Shown: one piece after another, positions 54,306 to 63,603 of the stretch | Layout of the letters: each line of letters begins with the position of its first letter | Position numbering within the stretch: position 1 is the stretch's first letter | Origin: Thermoanaerobaculia bacterium | Lineage (GTDB): Bacteria; Acidobacteriota; Thermoanaerobaculia; Multivoradales; JAGPDF01 | Assembly (NCBI GenBank): GCA_050186295.1 | Contig: JBFWYP010000006.1 | Coordinates: 65,336-129,335, forward strand | Direction of reading: 5' to 3' | Length of the DNA stretch: 64,000 bases | The notes under the pieces: generated by a model | Database searches by the model: none | What the model saw: the letters and a program-made list of their open reading frames with translations, nothing else | Told to the model about the DNA's origin: nothing | Made by a program: the position numbers and the translations under genes

Positions 54306-56999
54306 GTGACCCGTCCCCGACGCCCCGGGTGCCGCACCCGCCTGGCCCACTGGACCCTCTTCCTCGCCGCGATCGCGAGTTTCGTCGCGGCACCGTCTCC
54401 CGCAGCGGACACCGCGCTCCCGCCGGCAGAGGAGTTGCGGCGCTTCTTCGACGAAGGGCCCGCCTGGCTCCTGCCGGTTGCCGAGAAGGAGCGCCTGCGC
54501 GGGCTGCCGGAGGGAGAGGCGCTCGCGGCGATCCGCGCCTTCCTCGCCGCCGACCCGGTACCGTCCACCCCGGGAAACGAGCTCGTCGAAGGGATCGAAC
54601 GCCGGCGGCGGGCGATCTGGGCCGACGGCCTCGCGTTCGGGGACGAACGCGCCCGGGCCCGGTTCCTTCTCGGCCCTCCCCGCGAGCGGGTCCGGATCGA
54701 ATGTGGCGAGACCTACCGGCCGGCCGAGGTCTGGAGCTGGGGGCCGGTCGAGGCGCCGCGCAGCCTGGTCTTCTTCCGGCCGCGACCCGACTCCTACTTC
54801 GTCGCCTGGCGGCCGACAGAATCGAAGCGCCTGCTCTACACCGAGGAGATGGAGTACTACCTCGAGCAGTGGGACGAGCTGCGCGGTCTGCTCTCCGGAA
54901 AGCGTCCCGACCGGGTGATGTGCAACGAAAGCAAGCTGATCGACCGGGTGACCGGAGTCAACGGTCTGTTCGGATTCGAGAAAGACCGGCCCACGGACGC
55001 CGCGATCGATCGTTTCTTCGCGCCGCCCGTCGAGGTGGCCGGCTGGGCGACGGCGGCGGCTGCGGAGGTGGTCCGCGTACCCCAGATCGTGCCCGGAGCC
55101 GAAGCGCCGCCGGAAGCCGAGCCCGTGCCGTCGCCCGCGGCCGCAGCCGCCGCGAAACGCCACGGTGCGCGACCCGGGGCCGCCGAGACCGACGCTCCCG
55201 CCGCGAGCCCGGTGCCGATGACCATCCTCGAAGAGCTGCCGATCGAGGCGATCCGGATCGGTTTTCCCGAGCGCATCGACCAGCGCCTGCAGATGCGGGT
55301 GCGGATCCTTCTCCCCGCCGGTCTCCAGCCGGGGATCGCCGAGGTCGAGGGCGGCCGCGAGTCGCGCTTCTCGGTGACCGGGAGAGTCGAGCTCGCCGGA
55401 GCACCGTTCGACGAGTTCCGCAACCGGTTCGTCGTCGTGGCGCCGGAGCGACCCGCCCCGGTCGTGCTGATCTCCGAGCGTGCGTTCCGCGCCGGCGGAC
55501 CGTACGTCCTGACCCTCGAGGTCCGTGACGAGATCTCGGGCAAGACGAGCTTTGTCTCGCGCGGTTTCACGGTTCCGGCCGAACCGATTCCCGAACCCGA
55601 TCCGAGCCCCGAGGGCGCGATCGAAGTCGCCGGCCAGGAGACCGGGCTCACGAAGCGCGCGGCGCGCGATGCGCTGGTCCTGATGCCACCGCTCTCGGAC
55701 GTCGTCTTCGGGCTCTGGCGCGCCGAGGCGATCGTCGTCGGCGAGCGCATCCGGCGGGTCGCCTTCTACGTCAACGGCACCCGTCAGCTCGAACGCTCGA
55801 CCGCCCCCTGGTCGGCCGAGCTCCGGCTGCCGAACCTCCCGACCGAGCTGGTGGTGCGCGCGGAAGGGCTCGACGAGAACGGCGAGGTCGTCGCCGCGGA
55901 CGAGGTCTTCCTCAACGAGCCGCAGGCCGAGCCGAAAGTACGCCTGCTCGCGCCCGAACGTGGCAAGCGGGTGGTCGGACGGGCGGTGGCGCGCGCCGCC
56001 GTCGTCGTCCCCGAAGGGAAGCGGATCGAATCGGTCGAGTTCCGGCTCAACGACGAGGTGCTTGCAACCCTCGCCAGACCGCCCTGGGAGGTCGCGTTCA
56101 CCGCTCCGTCGAGCTCCGATCCGGTCTATCTGACGGTTGCCGCGACCTACGTCGACGGGACGCGGGTCGAGGATTTCCGGGTGCTCAACGGCGGACAGTT
56201 CTCGGAGCAGGTCGATGTCGATCTGGTGGAGATCTTCGCCACGGTCTTCGATCGCTCCGGCCGGATCGTCGAAAACCTCGAGCAGGGCGACTTCACCCTT
56301 CTCGATCGCGGCCGGCCGCAGACGATCAGCAGGTTCGAGCTGATGCGCGATCTGCCGCTCTCGGTCGGGATCGTGCTCGACACGTCGGGCTCGATGCGCG
56401 AGACGATCGGCGAGGCGAAGCGCGCGGCGGCCGACTTTCTCTCGGCGGTGGTACGGGTCAAGGACCGCTGTTTCGCCACCTCCTTCGCCGACCGTCCGCG
56501 TCTGCTCATGCCCCTCACGTCCGATGCGCGAGCCGTCGAGGCGGCCTTTCGCGACCTGCCGGCGGTGGGCAACACGGCGCTGCACGATGCGATCCTCTTC
56601 TCGCTCTACCAGCTGAAGGGGGTGCGCGGACGGCGTGCGATCGTCCTGCTCTCGGACGGCGACGACACCTCGAGTCTGGTCGGATACGACGACGCGCTCG
56701 AGTTCGCCCGCCGCAGCGGAACGGCGATCTACACCATCGGCCTGGACATCGGCAAGACGCAGATGACGGTGCGCGGAAAGCTCGAGAAGCTCTCTTCGGA
56801 GACCGGCGGACGATCGTTCTTCGTCTCGAAGGCGAGCGATCTCGCCGGCGTCTACGGCGAGATCGAGCGCGAGCTCCGCAGTCAGTACCTGCTGGCCTTC
56901 GCGCCGACGCCGCAGGCGAAGAGCGGCGTCTTCGCTCCGGTCGAAGTGCGAGCGGGGAGCGGTTTGAAGGTTCGGGCGCCGCGCGGCTACTATCCCTGA
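54306..56999 (+). CDS. Large secreted von Willebrand factor A (VWA) domain protein with Acidobacteria-type N-terminal region
   Basis: Signal peptide. The C-terminal VWA domain has a MIDAS-like motif VGIVLDTSGSM and LLSDGDDTSS. The long N-terminal region resembles the VWFA-related Acidobacterial domain family. Confidence 0.7.
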   Translation: MTRPRRPGCRTRLAHWTLFLAAIASFVAAPSPAADTALPPAEELRRFFDEGPAWLLPVAEKERLRGLPEGEALAAIRAFLAADPVPSTPGNELVEGIERRRRAIWADGLAFGDERARARFLLGPPRERVRIECGETYRPAEVWSWGPVEAPRSLVFFRPRPDSYFVAWRPTESKRLLYTEEMEYYLEQWDELRGLLSGKRPDRVMCNESKLIDRVTGVNGLFGFEKDRPTDAAIDRFFAPPVEVAGWATAAAAEVVRVPQIVPGAEAPPEAEPVPSPAAAAAAKRHGARPGAAETDAPAASPVPMTILEELPIEAIRIGFPERIDQRLQMRVRILLPAGLQPGIAEVEGGRESRFSVTGRVELAGAPFDEFRNRFVVVAPERPAPVVLISERAFRAGGPYVLTLEVRDEISGKTSFVSRGFTVPAEPIPEPDPSPEGAIEVAGQETGLTKRAARDALVLMPPLSDVVFGLWRAEAIVVGERIRRVAFYVNGTRQLERSTAPWSAELRLPNLPTELVVRAEGLDENGEVVAADEVFLNEPQAEPKVRLLAPERGKRVVGRAVARAAVVVPEGKRIESVEFRLNDEVLATLARPPWEVAFTAPSSSDPVYLTVAATYVDGTRVEDFRVLNGGQFSEQVDVDLVEIFATVFDRSGRIVENLEQGDFTLLDRGRPQTISRFELMRDLPLSVGIVLDTSGSMRETIGEAKRAAADFLSAVVRVKDRCFATSFADRPRLLMPLTSDARAVEAAFRDLPAVGNTALHDAILFSLYQLKGVRGRRAIVLLSDGDDTSSLVGYDDALEFARRSGTAIYTIGLDIGKTQMTVRGKLEKLSSETGGRSFFVSKASDLAGVYGEIERELRSQYLLAFAPTPQAKSGVFAPVEVRAGSGLKVRAPRGYYP

Positions 57000-57000
57000 C

Positions 57001-57651
57001 ATGAAGAGCGTCACCTTCGCAATCGCCCTCCTCGTCGGTGGCGCCGTCTCCGTCGCTGCGCCGCCCGATCCGCCGGTGCACGTCGAGATGAAGCTCGAGC
57101 GCCTCAACCGGACCTACTCCGACTTCGTGCCGCCGCTGGCGGGAATGGACGAGGGCGGGGTCGTGGTCAAGCTGACCTCGCCCCGGCAGACGCTGATCCT
57201 GCGCGATCACACGATCCGCCTCACGCCGCTCGAGAACGGAACCATCGACGCCGAGATCGATCTCGAGATCCAGGGCAAGGGCTCGCTGGTCGCGGACGTC
57301 GCGCTCGGACCGGTGGCGCAGCAGTTCCCGGACGAAGTCGTGGTTCCGCCGCAGACGATCTCTCTCGCCGGGAACATCCGCATCAGCCGCGTGGCCGGTG
57401 GCTACTCGGTGACGGCCAATTCGTTGCCCGATTCGGTGCGCGTCGCCGTCCAGTCGCAGAAGGTGAATCAGATCCTCGCACTGTGCGACAACGCGGCGGT
57501 GATGACCCTGGGAGCGATCGACTGCCGCGGACTCGACAAGGCGCTGACCCGGCCGGAACTCCCGATCCCGTCCGGGCAGAGCTTCGTTCTCCAGGACGCC
57601 GATCTGACGGACGAGAACCGCCGGGAGCTCGACACGCTGGTGACGCCCTGA
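57001..57651 (+). CDS. Secreted hypothetical protein (coupled to VWA gene)
   Basis: Signal peptide MKSVTFAIALLVGGAVSVAAP. The ATG lies 1 nt after the VWA stop. No recognised motifs. Confidence 0.45.
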   Translation: MKSVTFAIALLVGGAVSVAAPPDPPVHVEMKLERLNRTYSDFVPPLAGMDEGGVVVKLTSPRQTLILRDHTIRLTPLENGTIDAEIDLEIQGKGSLVADVALGPVAQQFPDEVVVPPQTISLAGNIRISRVAGGYSVTANSLPDSVRVAVQSQKVNQILALCDNAAVMTLGAIDCRGLDKALTRPELPIPSGQSFVLQDADLTDENRRELDTLVTP

Positions 57652-57669
57652 AGCGACGCCGACCGGCGA

Positions 57670-60597
57670 TCAGATCGACGGCAGCGACAGATCCTTGCGG
57701 GTGGCCGCCTCCATGATCGCCCGGTTGAGCGGCACCTGGAAGAGAAAGCGCTGGCGCTTCGAGCTTTCGAGAAAGGCGGTCAGGCGCATCAGCTCGTCGA
57801 ACGCCTTCTCGAGGTGCTTCACCGGGGCGAGGCGCTCCTTGAACTTCGTCTCGAGCCATTCCGCCGCGAGGTAGAGCTGGAAGTCGAGCAGCTCGCGCGA
57901 CGGAGCGAGCGGAAGCCTCTCCATTTCCCGCTGCAATTGTTCGTAGGTCGTCCGTACTCCCTCCGCCCGTGCCCGACCGATCTCGGCCTCGATCCGGTGG
58001 GCGAGATCCGTGAGCCGGCCGGCGGACTTGCCGAGCGCTTCGTGGAGGTCGGCGGCCTCGTCGAAGTGGGCAAGCGCCGCCTCGTAGCGGCGCAGGCGGG
58101 ACTGGATCCGACCGAGGAGCTGATTGGCGTCGGCGAGCGGCTCGCCCGCCGGGAGGAGCGACAGCGAAAAGTGCGCTTTCCGGGCCTCGGCCAGCGCGTT
58201 GTCGGGCTGATCGAGGAGCAGGAGGTTCTCCGCCACCGCGAGCCGGGCGATCGCTTCGCCCATGGTGTCGTCGCGCCCTTCGCGCAGCGCCAGCGCGCGG
58301 CGCAGGACCGGGGCGGCGCCGGCGACGTCTCCGAGGCGGTTCATCGCCCTGCCGACACCGACCAGGGCGAACGCTTCCTCGGCCTCGGAGCGATCGTTGG
58401 CGAGCAGCTCCCGTGCCTCTTCGAAGTAGGCGAGCGCGCTCGGCGCGTCGCCGCGCGCCAGGGCGACGGCGCCGAGGGCCGTGAGCGAGGCCGCGACTCC
58501 ACCGCCCCCCTCGCGTCTCCGCGCTTCGAGCGTTTCGATGTGGAGTGCGTGTGCCTCCTCGAGGCGAAACTCGTGGAAGGCGACGTTGCCGAGCAGGAAG
58601 CGGCAGGTGGCGGCGAAGCCGCGCCGACCGCGATGCTCGGCGACGGCGAGCGCCTTGGCGAACAGATCGCTCGCCTCGGCGGTCTTGCCCTGTCTCACCA
58701 GGACCCGTCCGAGCTCGACGAGGAGCATCTCCTTGCGCCGGTTGTCGCCGTCGCGCGACGCCGCGAGCGCCTGTCGCAGGACGGCCTCGGCCTCGGGGTA
58801 GTGCCCCGCCATCTGGGCCAGATCGGCCCGCAGCGAAGCGATGGCGAGAAAGCGCTGCGGCTGGTCGCGCGCCAGTTCGAATCCGCGTTCGAGGGCCGGA
58901 GCCAGCTCGTGCAGACGGCCGAGTCGCCGGGCGAGCGGCAGGAGGATCCACAGGAGGTCGTTCTCGAGACGCGGTTCGTTGCCGCGCTCCTGGAGGCTGG
59001 CGAGCTCCAGGCGGAGGGCGGTGAAGAGCGGTTCGCGGGGGAGCCTGCTCGAGCTCCGGACCGCGTCGATCAGCACTCCGGCTCCCGACTCCGTACCCTT
59101 GAGCATCCCGTAGGAGGCCCAGAGCTCCTCGGCCGTCGAGGAGCGGGCGGCGAGGAGCTCGCCGAGCTCGCTGCGCAGGCGTTCCCGAACCGGCTCCTCG
59201 AGAGTGTCCGCGAGGGCTCGCCGGATCGCCGGAGAGGCGAGGGCGATGCCGTCCCCCCACGGGCCCGCGTCGGCGACCACCAGCCCGGCGGCGAGGTTGC
59301 CCGCGCTCCAGTCTCCTTCCGGTCGCTCTCCTCCGAGGGCGAGCGCCGCCGATCCGAGCTCGCTCGCGGGAACCGCGGTCTCGGCCAGGGTCAGCAGTCG
59401 CAGCGCCAGCGAGGCGCCGTGGCGCATCGCTTCGGCCTCGACATGGGCAATGAACCTCCGGCTCGGCTGCAGGCGGGTCGGACCTTCGGCGCCACTGAAG
59501 AAGAAGGAGCCGAAGACCTGACGCAGCTTGCGGTCGCGCACCAGGAAGAGGAGCGACTCCTCGAGCGCGAACGGATTTCTCGCTACGCCCGACGCCAGCT
59601 CCTGGGCGACCGGCTCGGGCAGAGAGAGACCGCGGAACAGCTGCGTCGTCAACTGTCCCCAGGCGGCTTCGTCCGGAGCGTCGACGAAGAGGGGGGCATC
59701 GCCGGAGAGATCCCGCAGGACGTCGATCGGGGTTCTCGAGACCAGGACGATCTGCAGCTCGCTTCCGAGGCCCGGATGCTTTCCGAGCTCCTCGATCTCG
59801 GCCCAGACCGTCGGTGGCGCGACGTCGAGGTGGTCGTAGACCACACGGATCGGCCGCAGCGGTTCGCCGGCGAGCTCCCGCGCGATCGGCGTGAGGATCC
59901 GGCTGCCGGCGTCGCGCCAGATCGCGGCTTCGCCCGCCCCGCGCAGGACCTCCCAGAGGAGGCGCGTCTTGCCCACCCCGAACGGTCCTTCGAGGCGCAG
60001 CACCGGCTCCTTGAGCCGCCGTCGGAGGTCGGCTTCGATCACCGGACGCCCGACCCACTTGATCGATCGCGAGAGGACTTCCGGATTGCGCCAGGTCGGG
60101 ATCGCGACGGCGCGGGGCCGGACCGACGTCAAGGGGATCAGCCGGCCGGCACCGAGCGACAGGTTGCCGGCGGCTTCGACCGAGTGCGACCCCTCGAGCT
60201 GGAGCGCGGCATGGGTCGTGAGGAGGATCTTCCCTGGAGCCAGGTCGGGCCGGGTGGCGCGCAGCTCCTCGAGCAGCGGTTCGGCGACGAGCTCCACACC
60301 CGGGCCGACCCGGGCGGCCGCCGGAACGACGACCAGCCGGGCGGTGACCGGGCGCTTGCCGCCGGAATCGTCCCGGACGAGATCGCCGGCGAGCGCCACG
60401 GCGCGGTCGAAGATCGCCGGGTCGCCGGGCACCGGCAGGAGGAGCCAGCAACCGGGACCTGCCGGGATCACGCCGGCAGTGCGGGCTGCCGCGGCGGTCA
60501 GGCGTTCGATCGCCCCCGAGCCGGACGGATCCCAGGCCAGGAGGGCGGCCGCGGGGAGAACGCGCTGGACGGGTTCGACGAAGGGAAAGGGCCGCAT
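57670..60597 (-). CDS. Large P-loop NTPase (AAA_16/STAND-like) + TPR-repeat signal-transduction protein with ~190-aa N-terminal domain of uncertain type
   Basis: Walker A EGPFGVGKTRLLWEV. The C-terminal ~450 aa are TPR-like helical repeats. Start trimmed to ATG 60597 because the upstream frame overlaps the divergent gene 60631-61179. Confidence 0.6.
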   Translation of the reverse strand: MRPFPFVEPVQRVLPAAALLAWDPSGSGAIERLTAAAARTAGVIPAGPGCWLLLPVPGDPAIFDRAVALAGDLVRDDSGGKRPVTARLVVVPAAARVGPGVELVAEPLLEELRATRPDLAPGKILLTTHAALQLEGSHSVEAAGNLSLGAGRLIPLTSVRPRAVAIPTWRNPEVLSRSIKWVGRPVIEADLRRRLKEPVLRLEGPFGVGKTRLLWEVLRGAGEAAIWRDAGSRILTPIARELAGEPLRPIRVVYDHLDVAPPTVWAEIEELGKHPGLGSELQIVLVSRTPIDVLRDLSGDAPLFVDAPDEAAWGQLTTQLFRGLSLPEPVAQELASGVARNPFALEESLLFLVRDRKLRQVFGSFFFSGAEGPTRLQPSRRFIAHVEAEAMRHGASLALRLLTLAETAVPASELGSAALALGGERPEGDWSAGNLAAGLVVADAGPWGDGIALASPAIRRALADTLEEPVRERLRSELGELLAARSSTAEELWASYGMLKGTESGAGVLIDAVRSSSRLPREPLFTALRLELASLQERGNEPRLENDLLWILLPLARRLGRLHELAPALERGFELARDQPQRFLAIASLRADLAQMAGHYPEAEAVLRQALAASRDGDNRRKEMLLVELGRVLVRQGKTAEASDLFAKALAVAEHRGRRGFAATCRFLLGNVAFHEFRLEEAHALHIETLEARRREGGGGVAASLTALGAVALARGDAPSALAYFEEARELLANDRSEAEEAFALVGVGRAMNRLGDVAGAAPVLRRALALREGRDDTMGEAIARLAVAENLLLLDQPDNALAEARKAHFSLSLLPAGEPLADANQLLGRIQSRLRRYEAALAHFDEAADLHEALGKSAGRLTDLAHRIEAEIGRARAEGVRTTYEQLQREMERLPLAPSRELLDFQLYLAAEWLETKFKERLAPVKHLEKAFDELMRLTAFLESSKRQRFLFQVPLNRAIMEAATRKDLSLPSI

Positions 60598-60630
60598 CTT
60601 TGATATAAGAATCCGGATCGGAGGAACTTT

Positions 60631-61179
60631 ATGGGCTCTCGCCGCCTTTTGAACAGAATCTACTACTTCACGGTCGAGGATGAAGGGATCCTCGCCGAAG
60701 CGTTCCCGAAGTTCGAACAGCAGAGCTTCTGCATCGCCTACAAGGTCCATGGAACCGACGACGTGTTCGTCGCCTCGGCCGAAACCAAAGAGTCGATGGA
60801 CCGCCACGACGTGCCGTACAACCTCCTGGCCGAGGAAGAGGCGAACCGGATCTCGATCCTGCATTCGCCGCAGTCGAAGGAGGAGCTGGCAGACCACGAG
60901 GACGCCCTCAAGTCGCTGGTCCTCGCCCACCGGGCGATCGCAGCCGCCTGCGTCGGTGTGAACGGGGATGCCGACATCGGCATCGCCCTCTCCCGCGGTC
61001 CGGAGGATTTCACCTACTTCACCGCCCCGGCCGGGCACACCTTCATCTTCCGGCTGTTCCAGGAGCGCAAGGAGGCGGTGCAGTTCCTCAAGAAGCGGAC
61101 CGGTGGCGACAAGAAGGCGCTCGAGTGGGCCGAAGGCCTCCACCTGACATCTTCCAAGGAGCTCAAGAGTTATCACTGA
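60631..61179 (+). CDS. Hypothetical protein (182 aa, K/E/F/Y-rich, slightly lower GC than flanks)
   Basis: Non-artefactual amino-acid composition and an AGGAAC-like RBS. No motif recognised. It is divergent from the STAND-like gene, with a 33-bp spacer. Confidence 0.45.
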   Translation: MGSRRLLNRIYYFTVEDEGILAEAFPKFEQQSFCIAYKVHGTDDVFVASAETKESMDRHDVPYNLLAEEEANRISILHSPQSKEELADHEDALKSLVLAHRAIAAACVGVNGDADIGIALSRGPEDFTYFTAPAGHTFIFRLFQERKEAVQFLKKRTGGDKKALEWAEGLHLTSSKELKSYH

Positions 61180-61264
61180 GAGCGCGTTCGAGCCGACCTA
61201 CTCGGTATCGGCGCTCGGGCGCGAGATCAAGGAGCTCCTGGGCGGGGCGTTCGCCTCGGTCTGG

Positions 61265-62407
61265 GTGGCGGGCGAGATCCAGCGCTACAAGGCGAGCGCA
61301 TCCGGGCACCACTATTTCGACCTGGTCGAGAAGGGGGAAGGCGACCGGATCGTCGGCGTCCTGTCGGCGGTCGTCTGGAAGGGCGAGTTCCTGCGCCTGC
61401 GGGCGGCGCTCGATCGCGCCGGCGCGAAGCTCGCCGACGGACAGAAGGTGCGCTGCCGCGTCGCGGTCGATTTCTACCCGCCCGGCGGCCGCCTCCAGGT
61501 CCAGGTCCGCGAGGTCGACCCGAACTTCACCCTGGGCGAGCTCGCCCGCCGGCGCGAGGAGACGATCCGCGCGCTCGCGGACGGAGGTCTCCTGGAGCGC
61601 AACAAGGCGCTGCCGTTCCCGGAGATTCCGCTGCGCATCGGCCTCGTCACGTCGCAGGGCAGCGCGGCCTACCATGACTTCCTGGCGACGCTCGCGGAGA
61701 GCGGCTACGGCTTTCGCGTGCTCTTCGTGCACGCGGCGGTGCAGGGCGTCGAAGCGGAGCGGAACGTGCCGTCGGCCATCGAACTGGCAGCGGCTGCCGG
61801 CGCGGAGGCGCTGGTGCTGATCCGCGGTGGCGGATCGAAGAGCGATCTGGCGGCGTTCGACAGCCGGGCGGTGGCCGAGGCGGTGGCGCGCGCGTCGCTG
61901 CCCGTGCTCACCGGACTCGGGCACGAGATCGACGAATCCGTGGCCGATCTCGCGGCGCATCTGTCGTTCAAGACCCCCACCAAGGTCGCCGAGTACCTGG
62001 TGGCGACGGTGGCCGCGGCCGAAGAGTCGATCGCACGGCTCTCCGATCGTTTGCTGCGCGAAGCGCGCCGCAACCTCGCCGAAGCGACGAATCGTCTCGG
62101 CCGGGCGGAGCGGCGGGCAACAACGGCGCGCCAGCGACTGCAGCGGGCCGGGGCGCGACTCGCGACGCTCGCCGAGGCGCTCAAGCGCGCGGCCGACTAT
62201 CGCCTCAGAAGCTCGGTCCTGAGGCTCGATGGCTGGGCGCGGCTCCTGGCCGGCTACCAGCCGGAGAGGGTGCTGGCGCGCGGGTACAGTCTGACGCGCG
62301 ACGCCAGCGGATCGGTGCTGAGGGACGCGGCCGCGGCCCTGCCGGGAATGCGCATCACGACGGAGCTGGCGCGGGGGCGTCTGATCAGCCGGGTGGAGGA
62401 GTCATGA
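61265..62407 (+). CDS. xseA: Exodeoxyribonuclease VII large subunit
   Basis: Conserved OB-fold start VWVAGEIQRYKASASGHHYFDLVE (compare E. coli [24 protein letters not shown]). The catalytic region is LIRGGGSKSDLAAFD. The annotated GTG start at 61265 truncates conserved upstream residues (see findings). Confidence 0.75.
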   Translation: MAGEIQRYKASASGHHYFDLVEKGEGDRIVGVLSAVVWKGEFLRLRAALDRAGAKLADGQKVRCRVAVDFYPPGGRLQVQVREVDPNFTLGELARRREETIRALADGGLLERNKALPFPEIPLRIGLVTSQGSAAYHDFLATLAESGYGFRVLFVHAAVQGVEAERNVPSAIELAAAAGAEALVLIRGGGSKSDLAAFDSRAVAEAVARASLPVLTGLGHEIDESVADLAAHLSFKTPTKVAEYLVATVAAAEESIARLSDRLLREARRNLAEATNRLGRAERRATTARQRLQRAGARLATLAEALKRAADYRLRSSVLRLDGWARLLAGYQPERVLARGYSLTRDASGSVLRDAAAALPGMRITTELARGRLISRVEES

Positions 62408-62640
62408 CCAGGAAAGAGAGCGGAAAGAAGGAGGGCGCCGAGCCCGGCTTCGGCGAAGCGATCCGCGAGCTCGAAGCGCTCCTCGGCCGGATCGAGGACG
62501 ACTCACTCGACATCGACCGGCTGGCGGCCGAGCTGGAGCGCGCCGCCGAGCTGCTCGAGTTCTGTCGCGGCAAGATCCGCAAGGCGGAGCTCGAAGTCGC
62601 CGAGGTCGTGCAGCGGCTCGAGCCACCGAAACAGGAGTAG
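62404..62640 (+). CDS. xseB: Exodeoxyribonuclease VII small subunit
   Basis: A ~78-aa helical protein (FGEAIRELEALLGRIEDDSLDIDRL...). The ATG overlaps the xseA stop (ATGA). Confidence 0.8.
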   Translation: MTRKESGKKEGAEPGFGEAIRELEALLGRIEDDSLDIDRLAAELERAAELLEFCRGKIRKAELEVAEVVQRLEPPKQE

Positions 62641-62704
62641 ATCGCCCGAAGGCCGGATCCCCGGCCCGCCGGGCACCAGGTGCGCTAGTCTCATCTCCTG
62701 ATCC

Positions 62705-63106
62705 ATGTCGAGGGGGAAGTCGGTGGGTGGGCGATGGCTGGTGGTGCTCGGGGTGCTGGTCGCCCTGCTGCTCGCACTGCGTCTCCTGCGCCACGAACCG
62801 GGCATCGAAGTCGGAGTCACCCCCGAAATCGCCGGCACCTGGACGACGGATGCGCCGGGCTACGGCGATCGGTACCTGGAGATCTCCAGCAGCGAGATCG
62901 CGTTCGGACTCGGCGACGAGGGCGAGTCGCGGCATCCGGTGCTCGGTGTCCGCCGCGTCGAAGGTCCGGGTGCGTCGTCGACGTACGTCGTGCGCTACGG
63001 CTTCGAGGACGAAGGGAACGCCGAAGGGAAACTCGAGCTCCTCGTCGCGGGCCCGGGACTCGCGATCCGCAGCCAGCCCGGAATCCACTGGGAGCGACGG
63101 CCATGA
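62705..63106 (+). CDS. Hypothetical N-terminally anchored membrane protein
   Basis: One TM helix ([18 protein letters not shown]). It is translationally coupled to the downstream pseudopilin gene (ATGA at 63103-63106). Confidence 0.4.
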   Translation: MSRGKSVGGRWLVVLGVLVALLLALRLLRHEPGIEVGVTPEIAGTWTTDAPGYGDRYLEISSSEIAFGLGDEGESRHPVLGVRRVEGPGASSTYVVRYGFEDEGNAEGKLELLVAGPGLAIRSQPGIHWERRP

Positions 63107-63591
63107 ACGGCAGCGCGCACAGGCGCCGCTCCGTTCCGCGGCGATGGCGTCAGGTCGGATTCACGCTGGTCGAGCTCCTGCTGATCATCGCGTTGATCTC
63201 GATCATCGCGGCATTGGGAATTCCGTCTCTGCTCCAGGTGATCGAACGTGTGAAGATCCAGCGGGCGATCGCCGACCTCCGGGCGATCGAGTTCGAGATC
63301 CAGAACTTCGAGAACCTCTACACCCGTCTTCCCGCCGAGATGGAAGAAGCGATGCCGCACGCGCCGCTCGACCCGTGGGGCCACCCCTACGTCTACTTCA
63401 AGTACGGCGGACCGGGCTGGCGCGGCAAAGCGCGGAAGGACCGCTTCCTCGTGCCGATCAACAGCTCGTTCGACCTTTACAGTGTCGGTCGGGACGGCAA
63501 GAGTCGGCCGCCGCTGCAGAATCCCGTGAGCCACGACGACATCGTGCGCGCCAACGACGGCGCGTTCTACGGCCTCGGACGGGACTTCTAG
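63103..63591 (+). CDS. Type II secretion pseudopilin GspG-like / type IV pilin-like protein
   Basis: Prepilin leader and cleavage/methylation motif [23 protein letters not shown] (G|FTLVE). The GspG-like C-terminus is [10 protein letters not shown]...[11 protein letters not shown]. Confidence 0.7.
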   Translation: MNGSAHRRRSVPRRWRQVGFTLVELLLIIALISIIAALGIPSLLQVIERVKIQRAIADLRAIEFEIQNFENLYTRLPAEMEEAMPHAPLDPWGHPYVYFKYGGPGWRGKARKDRFLVPINSSFDLYSVGRDGKSRPPLQNPVSHDDIVRANDGAFYGLGRDF

Positions 63592-63603
63592 GCCGCTCTG
63601 CCG

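Noticed and set aside
53139-57107. 1322-aa minus-strand ORF
   Set aside because: Only the last 333 aa (OB + HD domain, start ATG 54140) are protein-like. The upstream part is antisense to the well-supported VWA gene 54306-56999.
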